Positions 49,358 to 59,161 of a stretch of 64,000 nt of DNA are shown one piece after another. The notes beneath the pieces are model-generated. The model was not told the origin of the DNA, searched no databases, and worked only from the letters and a program-made list of their open reading frames with translations. Made by a program: the position numbers and the translations under genes. The DNA lies in contig CAWEYL010000003.1 in assembly GCA_963813335.1 (NCBI GenBank), positions 416,001-480,000 of the forward strand. The letters are read 5' to 3'. Positions within the stretch are counted from its first letter, which is position 1; every line of letters starts with the position of its first letter. The stretch is from an uncultured Chloroflexia bacterium. Its GTDB lineage: Bacteria > Chloroflexota > Limnocylindria > Limnocylindrales > CSP1-4.

Positions 49358-51444
49358 CGCCAGGTGCTGCGCGCCGCGTCCGGGTAGAGCCGGACCCGGC
49401 GATACGGCTCGCGGCCGCGCGAGCGCGACACGAGGTTCGCCCGCTCGGCCATCTGGTGCTGGAGCCGCCGGATGTACGCGTTCTGCGGCGCGAGCTCCAC
49501 GGCCTCCGACGACGTCAGCACGACCTCGATGGCGTCCTCGGTCTCGCGCATCGCCGCCTCGCGCGGGTCGATCTCGAGCGAGAAGATCGAGGTCAGGCTC
49601 GCCTGCATCTGCTGCATCGTGTTGCTCTTGAGGACGTAGATCGGCATCGCCCGGTCCTCCGCGTCACGGAGCATCGGGGTCTTCTGCTTGTACTCGTTCT
49701 TGAGGGTCATCACGACGTCGGCCTCGTCGACGTCCCGGGCGATCACCACGGGGAGCTGCAGGTCGCGGACCGCCTGCTCGAGCCGCTTGCGGCTGATCCC
49801 CTGGGGGAGCACGCGGAGCGTCGGGAGCGGCGAGCCGCCGGGCACGAGCACGGTCTCGCCGTGGGGGCCCTCCTCGGTGCCGAGCGGCATGTCCTCGAGC
49901 TCGTCGTGCTCCAGCTCGTCGGCGTTGACCGGACCGGTCCCCTCCTCGGCCTTGAGCGCGTTGAGCGCCCGGCTGGCCTGGTCGCGCCAGGCCTTCTGGC
50001 GCTCGAGCTCGCGCGCCTCGCGGGCGCGCTTCTCGGCCGCGGTCGGCGTCCCGGCACGCTCGAGCGGCCCGCGATCCGCGATGTCGCCCGCGACGAACGG
50101 GGCGTCGGCGGGGGCCGGCACGCCGCGCAGCGCGGAGGACCCCGACGAGAACCGCTCACCGGGCATGACGCCCGGTGCGCCGCCCTCCGATGTGCCGCCG
50201 CGCGAGGCCGGCTCACGCCCGGACCCGCCGCGGGTCTGCCGCCAGCCGCCGGACGCGCCGGGCCGATAGCCGGCGCGCGACGCGGTCCCGCGCTCGGCCT
50301 CGCGATAGCCGCCGGTGCGATACCCGGCGCCGTCGCCGCGCCAGCCGGGCTCCATCCGCCACGGCGAGCCCGTCCCGACCAGCCCGGCGAACCGCTCCGC
50401 GCCGAGCTGCTCGCGCGGCGACGGCCGGGGCCGGCCCTGCGATCGATGGACGCCCTCCTCGTCGCGCCAGCGCAGCTCCGGGGCGACCGGGTCGCCGCGC
50501 AGCATCGCGTCGACGGTCTCGGCGACGTCGGAGTGGACCACGACCCGCTCGCGGTCCTGGATCTCGACGATGACGTCGAAGGTGGGCGGCGCCTTGCGCT
50601 CGAGGACGCTCTTCTGGGTCCGCCGCCGGCGGGCCTCCTCGTCGCCGAGGGTGACGCTCTGGATGCCGCCGATCAGGTCGGACAGGGTCGGGTTGAGCAT
50701 CAGGTTGTCGAGGTTGTTGCCGTGGGCGGTGCCGATCAGCTGGACGCCGCGCTCGGCGATGGTCCGCGCCGCGACCGCTTCGAGCTCCGTCCCGATCTCG
50801 TCGATGACGATGACCTGGGGCATGTGGTTCTCGACCGCCTCGATCATCACCTCGTGCTGCAGCGACGGGGTGCGGACCTGCATCCGGCGGGCCTTGCCGA
50901 TGGCCGGGTGCGGGATGTCGCCGTCGCCGGCGATCTCGTTGCTCGTGTCGACGACCACCACGCGCTTGCCCAGGTCGTCGGCGAGGACGCGGGCGGCCTC
51001 GCGCAGCATCGTGGTCTTGCCGATGCCCGGGCGGCCCATGATCAGGATCGACTTCCCGGTCTCGACGAAGTCGTTGATGATCTCGATGGTCCCGAAGACC
51101 GCGCGGCCGATCCGGCACGTCAGCCCGACGACCTTGCCGCTGCGGTTGCGGATCGCGCTGATGCGGTGGAGGGTCCGCTCGATGCCGGCGCGGTTGTCGT
51201 CGCCGAAGGTGCCGATGTGGTCGACCACGAAGGCGATGTCGGCGTCGGTGATCTCGCGCTCGAGGAGGGTCACCTCGGAATCCGGGAACCGGCCCTCGGG
51301 CCGGCGGCCCAGGTCGAGGACGACCTCGATGAGGGCGGTCCGGTCGGGCAGCGCGTTCACCGCGTCGACGACCTCCGGCGGCAGGGCCGCGAGGAGGACA
51401 TCGAGGTCGTCGACGGTCTCGAGCTGGCGGTCCGGGGATGCCAC
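49354..51444 (-). CDS. Ycf45/SpoIIIAA-like AAA ATPase with a C-terminal R3H domain
   Basis: [28 protein letters not shown] (Walker A), VIVIDEIG (Walker B), [15 protein letters not shown] (R3H); GTG start with a GGAGGT RBS. Confidence 0.92.
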   Translation of the reverse strand: MASPDRQLETVDDLDVLLAALPPEVVDAVNALPDRTALIEVVLDLGRRPEGRFPDSEVTLLEREITDADIAFVVDHIGTFGDDNRAGIERTLHRISAIRNRSGKVVGLTCRIGRAVFGTIEIINDFVETGKSILIMGRPGIGKTTMLREAARVLADDLGKRVVVVDTSNEIAGDGDIPHPAIGKARRMQVRTPSLQHEVMIEAVENHMPQVIVIDEIGTELEAVAARTIAERGVQLIGTAHGNNLDNLMLNPTLSDLIGGIQSVTLGDEEARRRRTQKSVLERKAPPTFDVIVEIQDRERVVVHSDVAETVDAMLRGDPVAPELRWRDEEGVHRSQGRPRPSPREQLGAERFAGLVGTGSPWRMEPGWRGDGAGYRTGGYREAERGTASRAGYRPGASGGWRQTRGGSGREPASRGGTSEGGAPGVMPGERFSSGSSALRGVPAPADAPFVAGDIADRGPLERAGTPTAAEKRAREARELERQKAWRDQASRALNALKAEEGTGPVNADELEHDELEDMPLGTEEGPHGETVLVPGGSPLPTLRVLPQGISRKRLEQAVRDLQLPVVIARDVDEADVVMTLKNEYKQKTPMLRDAEDRAMPIYVLKSNTMQQMQASLTSIFSLEIDPREAAMRETEDAIEVVLTSSEAVELAPQNAYIRRLQHQMAERANLVSRSRGREPYRRVRLYPDAARSTWR

Positions 51445-51455
51445 GCTGACCTCCG

Positions 51456-52524
51456 CTATCGGACGCCGGCCGGCACGAGGGCCGGTTCGGCGACACGGAC
51501 TAGGGTTTCCTTCATGAGCAGCGTCACGCTGGCGATCGAAATCGAAGCCGGCGTCCTCCAGGCGCCGGTCGATCGGTGACTCGTAGGTTCGCACGGGTGC
51601 GATGATCCCGTGCTCCGAGCGTCGCTCGGCGTCCTTGGCGGTGCGCTCGGCGATGACGCCGAGCCCGAAGGCGACCAGCGCCGAGGAGTCCGCGTCCGGC
51701 CGGGCCACGACCTTGAGGTAGTGCGGCTGGTCCTCCTTGGCGACGCCCACCTGGACCAGGCCGGCCAGCTCCGTGCCGTCGCGCCCGCCGTCGGGCATCG
51801 CCTGGACGAACGCCTCGACGTCGGCGAAGCGCAGGATCGGGGCGAGGCTGGAGCGCGGCACCCGCCAGTGGCCGCCCTGGCGCTCCCAGTCGACGAGGCG
51901 GATGGCCTCGAGCCGGGCGACCGGCGTCGGCGTGGCGGCGGCGTACAGCCGGGACATGGCCAGGGCGTCGATCCCGGTCGCGGCCCGGATCCCGGCCTGG
52001 GCCGCGCGCTTCTCGGTCCAGGGAGCGGGGAGCGGGCGGTTCCCCGGCCGGGCGAGGATGCGCTCCTCGCCGTAGCGCATGAAGCCGGCCTGCATCAGCA
52101 GCTCGACGTTGCCGTCCATGTCCGCGCAGGCGACGTGGAAGCGCGCCGCGCCGCGCTTGGCGCCCTCGCGCAGCAGCTGCTGCACGAGCCGGTAGCGGAT
52201 GTCGCCCGCATCGGCCATGCCGACCGCGTCGAGCTCCACGATCGTCCACTCGTCGCGGACCGACTCGCGCTCCACGCGGACGAGGCCGGCGATCCGGCCG
52301 TCCTGCTCATAGACGTACATGAGGTCGTTCGGGCGGAAGGCGCCCAACGGCAGCCGGAACAGGCTGAAGACGCCGATCGGCGGGCCCGAGAGCGGGAGCC
52401 CCAGCGAGCGGGTGTCGGCCCCATCCGACTGGCACAGGCGCGACAGCTCCCCGAGGGCCGCGAGGTCCGTCAGGCGCGCGGCCCGGACCTTGCCGCTGCT
52501 GCGCGCGGCGCGCGGCTCGGTCAC
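51456..52524 (-). CDS. GNAT-like hypothetical protein; a frameshift near 51540 fuses it artificially to the next ORF
   Basis: [32 protein letters not shown]; the shifted frame ends ...[21 protein letters not shown] just before the RBS of the ATPase. Confidence 0.7.
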
Positions 52525-53159
52525 CGTGGCTGCCGCGCCCGGCGGGTGGGATGCGGGCGTCGGCCGGAGCCTTCGCCCGGGTCGTCGTGCTCGTTGGCCA
52601 TCGTCGCGACGAGCCGGTGGAAGCGCGTCTCGCCGGCCAGCTCCGGGTGGAACGCCGTGGCGATCACGTTGCCCTGGCGGACGGCCACGATCCGGCCGTC
52701 GTCGAGCCGGGCGAGGACGTCCACCGCGGGGCCGACCCGCTCGATCACCGGGGCGCGGATGAAGACCGCGTGGACGGGCGTGTCGCCGAGGATCGGGACG
52801 GCCAGCTCGGCCTCGAACGAGTCGAGCTGGCGGCCGAACGCGTTGCGCTCCACCGACACGTCGAGCAGCGGCAGGATCGGCGGCTCGCCGCCGACGATCT
52901 GGTCGGCCAGGACGATCATGCCGGCACAGGTCCCGAAGATGGGCGTGCCCGCCTCGGCGAGGTCCATGATCGGCTGGCGCAGCCCCCAGCGCTCGATCAG
53001 CTGGCGCATCGTCGTGCTCTCGCCGCCGGGCAGGATCAGCCCGCTGACACCGTCGAGGTCCGCCGGCTCGCGGACGCGCACGCCCTCCACGCCGATGGCG
53101 CGCAGCGTGTCGAGGTGCTCACGAAAGGCGCCTTGAAGGGCGAGGACGCCGATCTTCAC
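52521..53159 (-). CDS. pdxT: PLP synthase glutaminase subunit
   Basis: [44 protein letters not shown]. Confidence 0.96.
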   Translation of the reverse strand: MKIGVLALQGAFREHLDTLRAIGVEGVRVREPADLDGVSGLILPGGESTTMRQLIERWGLRQPIMDLAEAGTPIFGTCAGMIVLADQIVGGEPPILPLLDVSVERNAFGRQLDSFEAELAVPILGDTPVHAVFIRAPVIERVGPAVDVLARLDDGRIVAVRQGNVIATAFHPELAGETRFHRLVATMANEHDDPGEGSGRRPHPTRRARQPR

Positions 53160-53266
53160 AACGGCCTCTCCGAGCGCCGAGGCGACGCTCCTGCGAGCCA
53201 TCGGCGGGAGGATGCAAGGACCCGATCCTCATCGGTCGGCCGTCGTCGGACGCGTTGTCGTGGCCG

Positions 53267-54154
53267 TTACCAGCCGCGGACGGCGAGGCGCTCCTGGTCG
53301 GGGATCTCCTCGAGGGCGATCCCCCGCATCGGGGCTCCCAGGCCCTTCGAGACCTCGGCGATCTTCTTCGGGTCGTCGAAGAAGGTGGTCGCCTGGACGA
53401 TCGCGTTGGCCATGCGGGCCGGGTCCTCGCTCTTGAAGATGCCCGAGCCGACGAAGACGCCCTCGGCGCCGAGCTGCATCACGAGCGCCGCGTCCGACGG
53501 GGTGCTGATGCCGCCGGCGACGAAGTTCACGACCGGCAGCCTGCCGTTGGCCGCGACGTCCTTGACCAGGTCGTACGGGGCGCCCAGCTCCTTGGCGGCG
53601 ACGAACAGCTCGTCCTCGCGCATCCCCTGGAGGCGGCGGATCTCGGCGAGCACGTCGCGCAGCTGGTGGACGGCCTCGACGATGTTGCCGGTGCCGGCCT
53701 CGCCCTTGGTCCGCATCATCGCGGCGCCCTCGTTGATGCGCCGCAGGGCCTCGCCGAGGTTCCGGCAGCCGCACACGAACGGGACCTTGAAGGCGTGCTT
53801 GTCGATGTGGTTGTGCTCGTCGGCCGGGGTGAGCACCTCGGACTCGTCGATGTAGTCGACGCCGAGCGCCTCGAGCACCTGCGCCTCGACGAAGTGGCCG
53901 ATGCGCGCCTTGGCCATGACCGGGATGGTCACGGCGTCCATGATCCCCTCGATCATCGAGGGGTCGGACATGCGGGCGACGCCGCCGGCCTTGCGGATAT
54001 CGGCCGGGACGCGCTCGAGCGCCATCACGGCGACGGCGCCGGCATCCTCGGCGACCTTGGCTTGATCGGGCGTGACGACATCCATGATGACGCCGCCCTT
54101 GAGCATCTGGGCCAAGCCCTTCTTGGTGGCCCAGGTGGAGGTCTCGACGGTCAT
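53267..54154 (-). CDS. pdxS: PLP synthase lyase subunit
   Basis: [67 protein letters not shown]. Confidence 0.98.
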   Translation of the reverse strand: MTVETSTWATKKGLAQMLKGGVIMDVVTPDQAKVAEDAGAVAVMALERVPADIRKAGGVARMSDPSMIEGIMDAVTIPVMAKARIGHFVEAQVLEALGVDYIDESEVLTPADEHNHIDKHAFKVPFVCGCRNLGEALRRINEGAAMMRTKGEAGTGNIVEAVHQLRDVLAEIRRLQGMREDELFVAAKELGAPYDLVKDVAANGRLPVVNFVAGGISTPSDAALVMQLGAEGVFVGSGIFKSEDPARMANAIVQATTFFDDPKKIAEVSKGLGAPMRGIALEEIPDQERLAVRGW

Positions 54155-54253
54155 GTGAGCTGGATCCTCTGGTGGTTCTGCGCTCGGTCGTGCCGGCCGG
54201 GTCTGGCCCCGGGGTCCTCGCCCGTTCGAGTCGGCCGGTCTCCCGCGCGCGTC

Positions 54254-54309
54254 TGGATTATGTCACGGGTCTTCGCGTGTCCCACCCCTTGGTCCAGACG
54301 AGTGGTCCA
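54254..54309 (-). promoter_or_regulatory. pdxS promoter region with repeated TGGTCCA boxes (candidate MocR/PdxR-type operator)
   Basis: TGGTCCA at 54290-54296 and 54303-54309; TGGATTA at 54254-54260 overlaps a minus-strand CATAAT -10. Confidence 0.45.
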
Positions 54310-54418
54310 TGCGGGCACCACGGGGGGAGTGGCCGGGCGGCCGGGGAGTGGCGCGGCGCGACCCGGCGCGGCGCGGCGCGGCGCGGCGCCGTAGCCGTGG
54401 CACCTTCCGCCGGCGGAT

Positions 54419-54592
54419 ATGTCACTCATTCATCAGCCGACGCGGAAGGCGCACGGACAAGCCGCGTTCACTGGCCCCGAGACGCCGCGCCCGAGCGTGG
54501 CCAAGCACGATCCGACCTCGGACCAGTCACGATCCCGGCCCCGTCGGACTCCTTGCCGTCTCCCTTGCCCAGAAGATATGAATGAGTGGCAT
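54419..54592. repeat. Segment of about 175 bp bounded by a 15-bp inverted repeat
   Basis: ATGTCACTCATTCAT (54419-54433) / ATGAATGAGTGGCAT (54578-54592), 1 mismatch; preceded by a (GGCGC)n tract at about 54365-54389. Confidence 0.6.
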
Positions 54593-54639
54593 CGACGGGG
54601 GAGGAACGGGTCGGACGGAACCTTCGCCGCGGCCCCGAG

Positions 54640-55137
54640 TCACTCCTCCCCGAAGCGGAACCGCGTCATGTCGGTCGGGAACACCGACCAGGCGAACGCC
54701 TTGACCGGGGTCAGCTCCCAGAGCCCGCCCTCGGCCCAGTTCGACTCGCTGGCCTCGTAGCCTTCGGCGGCTCGGTACTTGGCGTAGCCCGCGAGGATCC
54801 GCCCCGCGAGCGGCTGCGCCGGCGCGACCAGCTCGCGCGCGACCCCTTCGACGATGACGACCTCCTTGCCCGACTCGACCTTGACCGCGAGGTTCGGGTT
54901 GGCGCGCAGGTTGCGCTGCCAGCGCGTCGGGCCGCCCTCGACGTACCAGCGGTCGTCGACCCACGCGCCCCAGATCGGGATCATGTGCGGCGCCGCATCG
55001 GCGCCCGCCGTCGCGATCCAGTAGGTGATCGCAGCCTCGAGGCGCTCGCGCGCCCAACTCCAGTCGAGGATCCCGTCGGTCGTCTCGGGGACCCCGTAGC
55101 CGGGGATCCAGGGCCGGTCGGCCCGCGGTGTCGCCAT
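54640..55137 (-). CDS. Pyridoxamine 5'-phosphate oxidase-like (split beta-barrel flavin/F420-binding) protein
   Basis: LDWSWARERL, YWIAT...PHMIPIWGAW, NLRANP, VVIVEG, TRFRF. Confidence 0.85.
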   Translation of the reverse strand: MATPRADRPWIPGYGVPETTDGILDWSWARERLEAAITYWIATAGADAAPHMIPIWGAWVDDRWYVEGGPTRWQRNLRANPNLAVKVESGKEVVIVEGVARELVAPAQPLAGRILAGYAKYRAAEGYEASESNWAEGGLWELTPVKAFAWSVFPTDMTRFRFGEE

Positions 55138-55147
55138 GACCTCGATG

Positions 55148-55876
55148 CTAGCGCGCGACCGTGCGGACGACCCCGGACATCAGCTTGGTGGCGCGGCGCG
55201 CATTGGCCGGCGACAGGCGCGAGAGCGCTTCGACCAGGCCGATCACGTCGTCGTCGGGCAGCCCGCCGAGCAGGTCGAACAGGCGGAGGATCGTCGAGTC
55301 CGGGATCCGGCCAAGCAGGTTGAGCGAGCGCTCGAGCTCGCGCGGCTCCAGTTGCGGGACGAGGCCCACGGCACGGTCGAACAGCCGGACGAAGACGAGG
55401 AACGCCGCGAGCCAGTCGCGCAGCGTGGCGAGCTCGGTGTCAGCGGGGTTCGCGGCCGCGGCAGCGGCAGCCTCGACCTCCTTGGCCTCGAGCACCGCGA
55501 TGATCGGGTCGCCCTCGCGGACCTTGCGCTCGGCGATGACCCGCCCGAACCACTGCCAGTGGTCGCCGACCGCGAGATAGGCCGTGCCCGCCGGTCCGCG
55601 CCGGCCGACGCGCCGCGGCTCCGGGACGCGCTCGACGATCCCCCACGACTCGGCCTCCGCGAGGGCCAGGCTCGCGGCGCGGTGGCTCAGTCCCAGGGCC
55701 TCGCGGACTTCGCGCTCGGTCAGCGGCTCCTGGCGTGCCATGAGGTAGGCCTGCACCCGGGCGATCGCCGGCGTGACGCCCCACGCCGCACCCATCTCGC
55801 CCCACGCCTCGGCGAGGTCGCGCCGGATGGCCTCGGCGGTGGCGCTGGGGGCGTGGCCGTTGGTCTCGTGATCCAC
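55148..55876 (-). CDS. GbsR/MarR family transcriptional regulator
   Basis: WGEMGAAWGVTPAIARVQAYLM, PLTEREVREALGLSHRAASLAL..WGIVER; GTG at 55876 is preferred because ATG 55930 overlaps the divergent promoter. Confidence 0.85.
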   Translation of the reverse strand: MDHETNGHAPSATAEAIRRDLAEAWGEMGAAWGVTPAIARVQAYLMARQEPLTEREVREALGLSHRAASLALAEAESWGIVERVPEPRRVGRRGPAGTAYLAVGDHWQWFGRVIAERKVREGDPIIAVLEAKEVEAAAAAAANPADTELATLRDWLAAFLVFVRLFDRAVGLVPQLEPRELERSLNLLGRIPDSTILRLFDLLGGLPDDDVIGLVEALSRLSPANARRATKLMSGVVRTVAR

Positions 55877-55904
55877 GGATACACCGTCGACGATAACGTG
55901 CGCC

Positions 55905-55935
55905 TTGACAGTAGCGGGTTTCTCGTCCATAACTT
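55905..55935 (+). promoter_or_regulatory. Sigma-70-type promoter for the divergent membrane protein/SDR operon
   Basis: Consensus TTGACA at 55905-55910; CATAAC/TAACTT at 55928-55935, just before ATG 55941. Confidence 0.6.
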
Positions 55936-55940
55936 GCTAT

Positions 55941-56785
55941 ATGAGAGTAGCACGACAGGGTCGGGAGAACCGTTGGCGCAGTCGCTGGGCGGGCGCCGCG
56001 GCGGGCATCATCCCGGCCGCGACGCTGACGGCACTCTTCGCCGTGTCGGGCTCGCTCGACTCGGCCGCCGACGGCGTCCGCACGTTCGCCGAGTTCGCGC
56101 TGTGGGGCGGGGCGGTCGGCTGGGTCGTCGGGCCGCTCGCGGTCGGCGGTGGTCGGACCATCCGGATGGCCGTGCCGGCATTCGCGCTCGTCGGACTCGG
56201 CATCGGCGCGGCCCTGGCGGTCGTCCAGGCCGCCCTGGACACGATCGCCACGCACGGTATCGACCCGGTCGCGGTGATCGGGGCGATGGTGGCGCGCGGT
56301 GCCTACGCCGTCGTGTCCACCCTCTACCTGCTCGGTCCGGCGCTCGCCCTCGGGCTGCTGTGGTGGCTGGGCACCCGCCCGCTCCTCGAACGCTCGGTCG
56401 GTGTCCCGGGCACGGCCGGCACGGCAGCGCCGCGGTCACGCACATCGGCGACACGCCGCTGGGCGATCGGGTTCGTGACGGGCCTCTGCGTCGGCGTCAG
56501 CGTGCTGGTGACCGGGATGCTCGGCGCGGTCCTCGGGATCCTGGCCATCCTCCTCCTCGGGATCGAGCCTGAGCGCGCGGCGCCCGTCGGCGGCCTGTTC
56601 ATCGGCTGGGGCATCGGCTGGCTGGCCATCTTCGGCACGGCCTCGGCACGCTGCGGCGACGGCTGCACCTTCCCGGACCTGACGCCCTGGATCGCGACAT
56701 CGTCGGCGCGCTCGCGGTCGGCGTGGTCCTGACGCTGCTCGCCGTGCAACGGCGCGGCTCTGACACGAGGGCAACAACCACATGA
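55941..56785 (+). CDS. Polytopic membrane protein; frameshift near 56700
   Basis: About 7 TM helices; the shifted frame VGALAVGVVLTLLAVQRR...TT* ends in an ATGA overlap with the next gene. Confidence 0.65.
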
Positions 56786-57684
56786 GGATCGCCATCACCG
56801 GCGGGACCGGCTTCGTCGGCGGCCGGCTCGCCGAGCGCCTCCGCGCGGCCGGGCACGACCCGGTCCTGGTCTCGCGGCGCACCGGCGCGTCACTGACCGA
56901 CGGCGTCGAGGCACTCGCGGCGGCGTTCGATGGCTGCGACGCCGTCGTCCACTGCGCCGGCATCAACCGCGAGATCGGCGAGCAGACCTACGCGGCGGTG
57001 CATGGCAGCGGCACGCAGGCCGTCATCGACGCGGCACGTGCCTCAGGCGTCCGCCGCATCGTGATGCTGAGCTTCCTTCGCGCGCGTCCGGACGGACCGA
57101 CCACGTACCACCGCTCGAAGTGGGCGGCCGAGGAGATCGTCCGCGCCTCCGGCCTGACCCACACGATCCTCAAGGCTGGCGTCGTCTATGGCCGTGGGGA
57201 CCACATGCTCGACCACCTGAGCCACGCATTCCACACGTTCCCCGTCTTCGCACTGGTCGGCATGCACGAACGACCTGTCCGGCCCGTGGCCGTCGACGAT
57301 GTCGCTCGGCTGCTCGAGGCGGCGGCGCTGGGCGATCGACGCCTGGCCGATCGGACGATCGAAGTCCTCGGCCCCGAAACCATGCCGCTTGGCGAGGCCG
57401 TCCGGCGCGTCGCCCGAGTCACCGGTCGCCGGCCGGTCTTCGTGCGCCTCCCGATCGCGGCGCACCTGTTGATCGCCCGCTTCGCCGAGGCGCTGATGCG
57501 GGTCCCGCTGATCTCGATCGCACAAGTCCACATCCTTGCGGAGGGCATCGTCGATGCGGCGCCGTTCGCCGACCAGCCGCCGGCCGACCTGGCGCCGGCC
57601 ACGGCCTTCTCGGACGAGGCGATCCGCGACGGCTTGCCGGAACCGGGTGGGTTCGGGTGCAGCGACCTCAGGTGGGCAGCCTGA
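56782..57684 (+). CDS. Atypical SDR, NAD(P)H-binding (NDUFA9-like) oxidoreductase
   Basis: MRIAITGGTGFVG, VVHCAGI, YHRSKWAAEE, VVYGRGD, PVAVDDVA. Confidence 0.88.
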   Translation: MRIAITGGTGFVGGRLAERLRAAGHDPVLVSRRTGASLTDGVEALAAAFDGCDAVVHCAGINREIGEQTYAAVHGSGTQAVIDAARASGVRRIVMLSFLRARPDGPTTYHRSKWAAEEIVRASGLTHTILKAGVVYGRGDHMLDHLSHAFHTFPVFALVGMHERPVRPVAVDDVARLLEAAALGDRRLADRTIEVLGPETMPLGEAVRRVARVTGRRPVFVRLPIAAHLLIARFAEALMRVPLISIAQVHILAEGIVDAAPFADQPPADLAPATAFSDEAIRDGLPEPGGFGCSDLRWAA

Positions 57685-57745
57685 CCATCGCCACGTGCGG
57701 CGTCTGGACGAGACGCGCAACGCGACGCTCGAGGCCGAGGCGGAC

Positions 57746-58252
57746 CTAGCCGCGCCGGTCGATCTCCTCGCGCAACGCCCCGAGGATCTCGAGCTCGATC
57801 AGGTCCTTCGGTCGGCCGGCGGCGCGTTTCATCGCCATCAGGTCCTGGAGGCTGGCGATCTGCACGGCAGCGCCGTGCAGGGTCGTGCCGACGGCGTGCT
57901 CGAGGAGCCGCTGGTAGTCGAATCCGGGATCCGGTGCGGCCAGCAGGTCGAAGTCGCCGTAGCGGGTGGTGAGGGTGAAGAGGCCACCTGCCCGCAGCGT
58001 TCGGGCGTCGAGCGGCGGCATCCGCGGACCATCCGGAGGGAGGCCACGCCGGATGGCAGCGAGCTTCGACAGGGCATCCGCAAGCGCCGACAGGTTGTCA
58101 GGATCGCGGGCGTAGCAGATGTCGATGTCGGCCGTGAGCGACGGTGAGCCATGGGCTTGACTCGCGATGCCACCGATCAGGACGAACCTGACCCCATGAC
58201 GGATCAGGACCTCGAGGATGAGGTCTGGCCTGAAGCGGGGAAGCTCGCTCAT
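57746..58252 (-). CDS. Pol-beta superfamily nucleotidyltransferase (candidate toxin)
   Basis: VRFVLIGGIA...HGSPSLTADIDI, DFDLL, ASLQDLMAMKRAAGRPKD. Confidence 0.82.
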   Translation of the reverse strand: MSELPRFRPDLILEVLIRHGVRFVLIGGIASQAHGSPSLTADIDICYARDPDNLSALADALSKLAAIRRGLPPDGPRMPPLDARTLRAGGLFTLTTRYGDFDLLAAPDPGFDYQRLLEHAVGTTLHGAAVQIASLQDLMAMKRAAGRPKDLIELEILGALREEIDRRG

Positions 58253-58575
58253 TCGGCCACCCGGCGGAGACGACGTCGGAACTCCACCATCTCGGTGTCA
58301 TCGGCCATCGACACCGCCAGGCGCTTGGACATCGGAACGTCCAGGCGCTCCTGGATCTGCGACCGGTCCACGCCGATCCCGAGGCGCGGCAGCGATTCGA
58401 GGCCGTAGCCGCATGCCTCGAGCAGGCGATCGAGCGTGCCGACGCGCGGATCCACGCGGCCGCGCTCGATGCGCGCGATCGTCTCCTGCGGGATGCCGGC
58501 TTTCGCGGCCAGCTGCCGCTGGGTCAGCTTCGCGCGCTGCCGCGCCTCTCGGACCATCCGCCCCGCCATCGACAT
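58249..58575 (-). CDS. XRE-family HTH protein (candidate antitoxin)
   Basis: VREARQRAKLTQRQLAAKAGIPQETIARIERGRVDPRVGTLDRLLEACG; GGAGG RBS; stop overlaps the NTase ATG. Confidence 0.88.
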   Translation of the reverse strand: MSMAGRMVREARQRAKLTQRQLAAKAGIPQETIARIERGRVDPRVGTLDRLLEACGYGLESLPRLGIGVDRSQIQERLDVPMSKRLAVSMADDTEMVEFRRRLRRVAE

Positions 58576-58587
58576 CGCTCGATCCTC

Positions 58588-58631
58588 CGTGATGACGTAA
58601 ACATCATCACGTGGCGGGGCCGCGACGTCAA
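58588..58631 (-). promoter_or_regulatory. Promoter TTGACG-N17-GATGAT overlapped by the operator CGTGATGA-N8-TCATCACG
   Basis: Perfect 8-bp IR 58588-58595 / 58604-58611; CGTCAA at 58626-58631. Confidence 0.7.
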
Positions 58632-59107
58632 GTGATCGGCAGCGGCACCCATTTGCCGAGCGCGGTCGAGACCGCCACGAACAGCGGCAGCCCCTGGTCG
58701 ATGTCGACCTCGCACGACGCGATCCGCTCGGGGCCGGACGGCGCCGCGAACGTGTAGATGATCTCCTGACCATCGAACGCGGTCGGGCACTGGCCGGTGA
58801 ACGGGTGGCTCCGAAGCCCCGCGAAATCGGTGAGCTTGATCGCAGTGTCGATGGCGGCGACCTGCGCAAGCGGCACCGTCCCGAGGAAGTTCGGCGGCTT
58901 GGCGGCCTCGTGGACGGTTCCGTCGCGCTCGAGGACGACCGTGCGGCCGCACGTCCCCGCCGGGCATTCGCCGCCCCGGAGCTCGACGGTCACCAGCGGC
59001 CCGGCGGCGGTCGGGATGACCGACTCGGCCCCGCAGGCCGACACCGCGATGGCAACGAGCACGAGCACGATGAGCGCCGGGATGGGCGCACGACGACGGA
59101 CCTGCAT
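58628..59107 (-). CDS. Small lipoprotein with four additional cysteines
   Basis: Lipobox VSAC; [26 protein letters not shown]. Confidence 0.75.
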   Translation of the reverse strand: MQVRRRAPIPALIVLVLVAIAVSACGAESVIPTAAGPLVTVELRGGECPAGTCGRTVVLERDGTVHEAAKPPNFLGTVPLAQVAAIDTAIKLTDFAGLRSHPFTGQCPTAFDGQEIIYTFAAPSGPERIASCEVDIDQGLPLFVAVSTALGKWVPLPIT

Positions 59108-59161
59108 GGCCGCCCGACGATACGGGACGCCGAGCGGTTCCCGCGACGCTACCCTCATCCC

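Noticed and set aside
49354-52524. Apparent 1056-aa GNAT-Ycf45-R3H fusion
   Set aside because: An extra base near 51540; the shifted frame gives a sensible C-terminus and a TAG at 51456, followed by an RBS and GTG for the ATPase.
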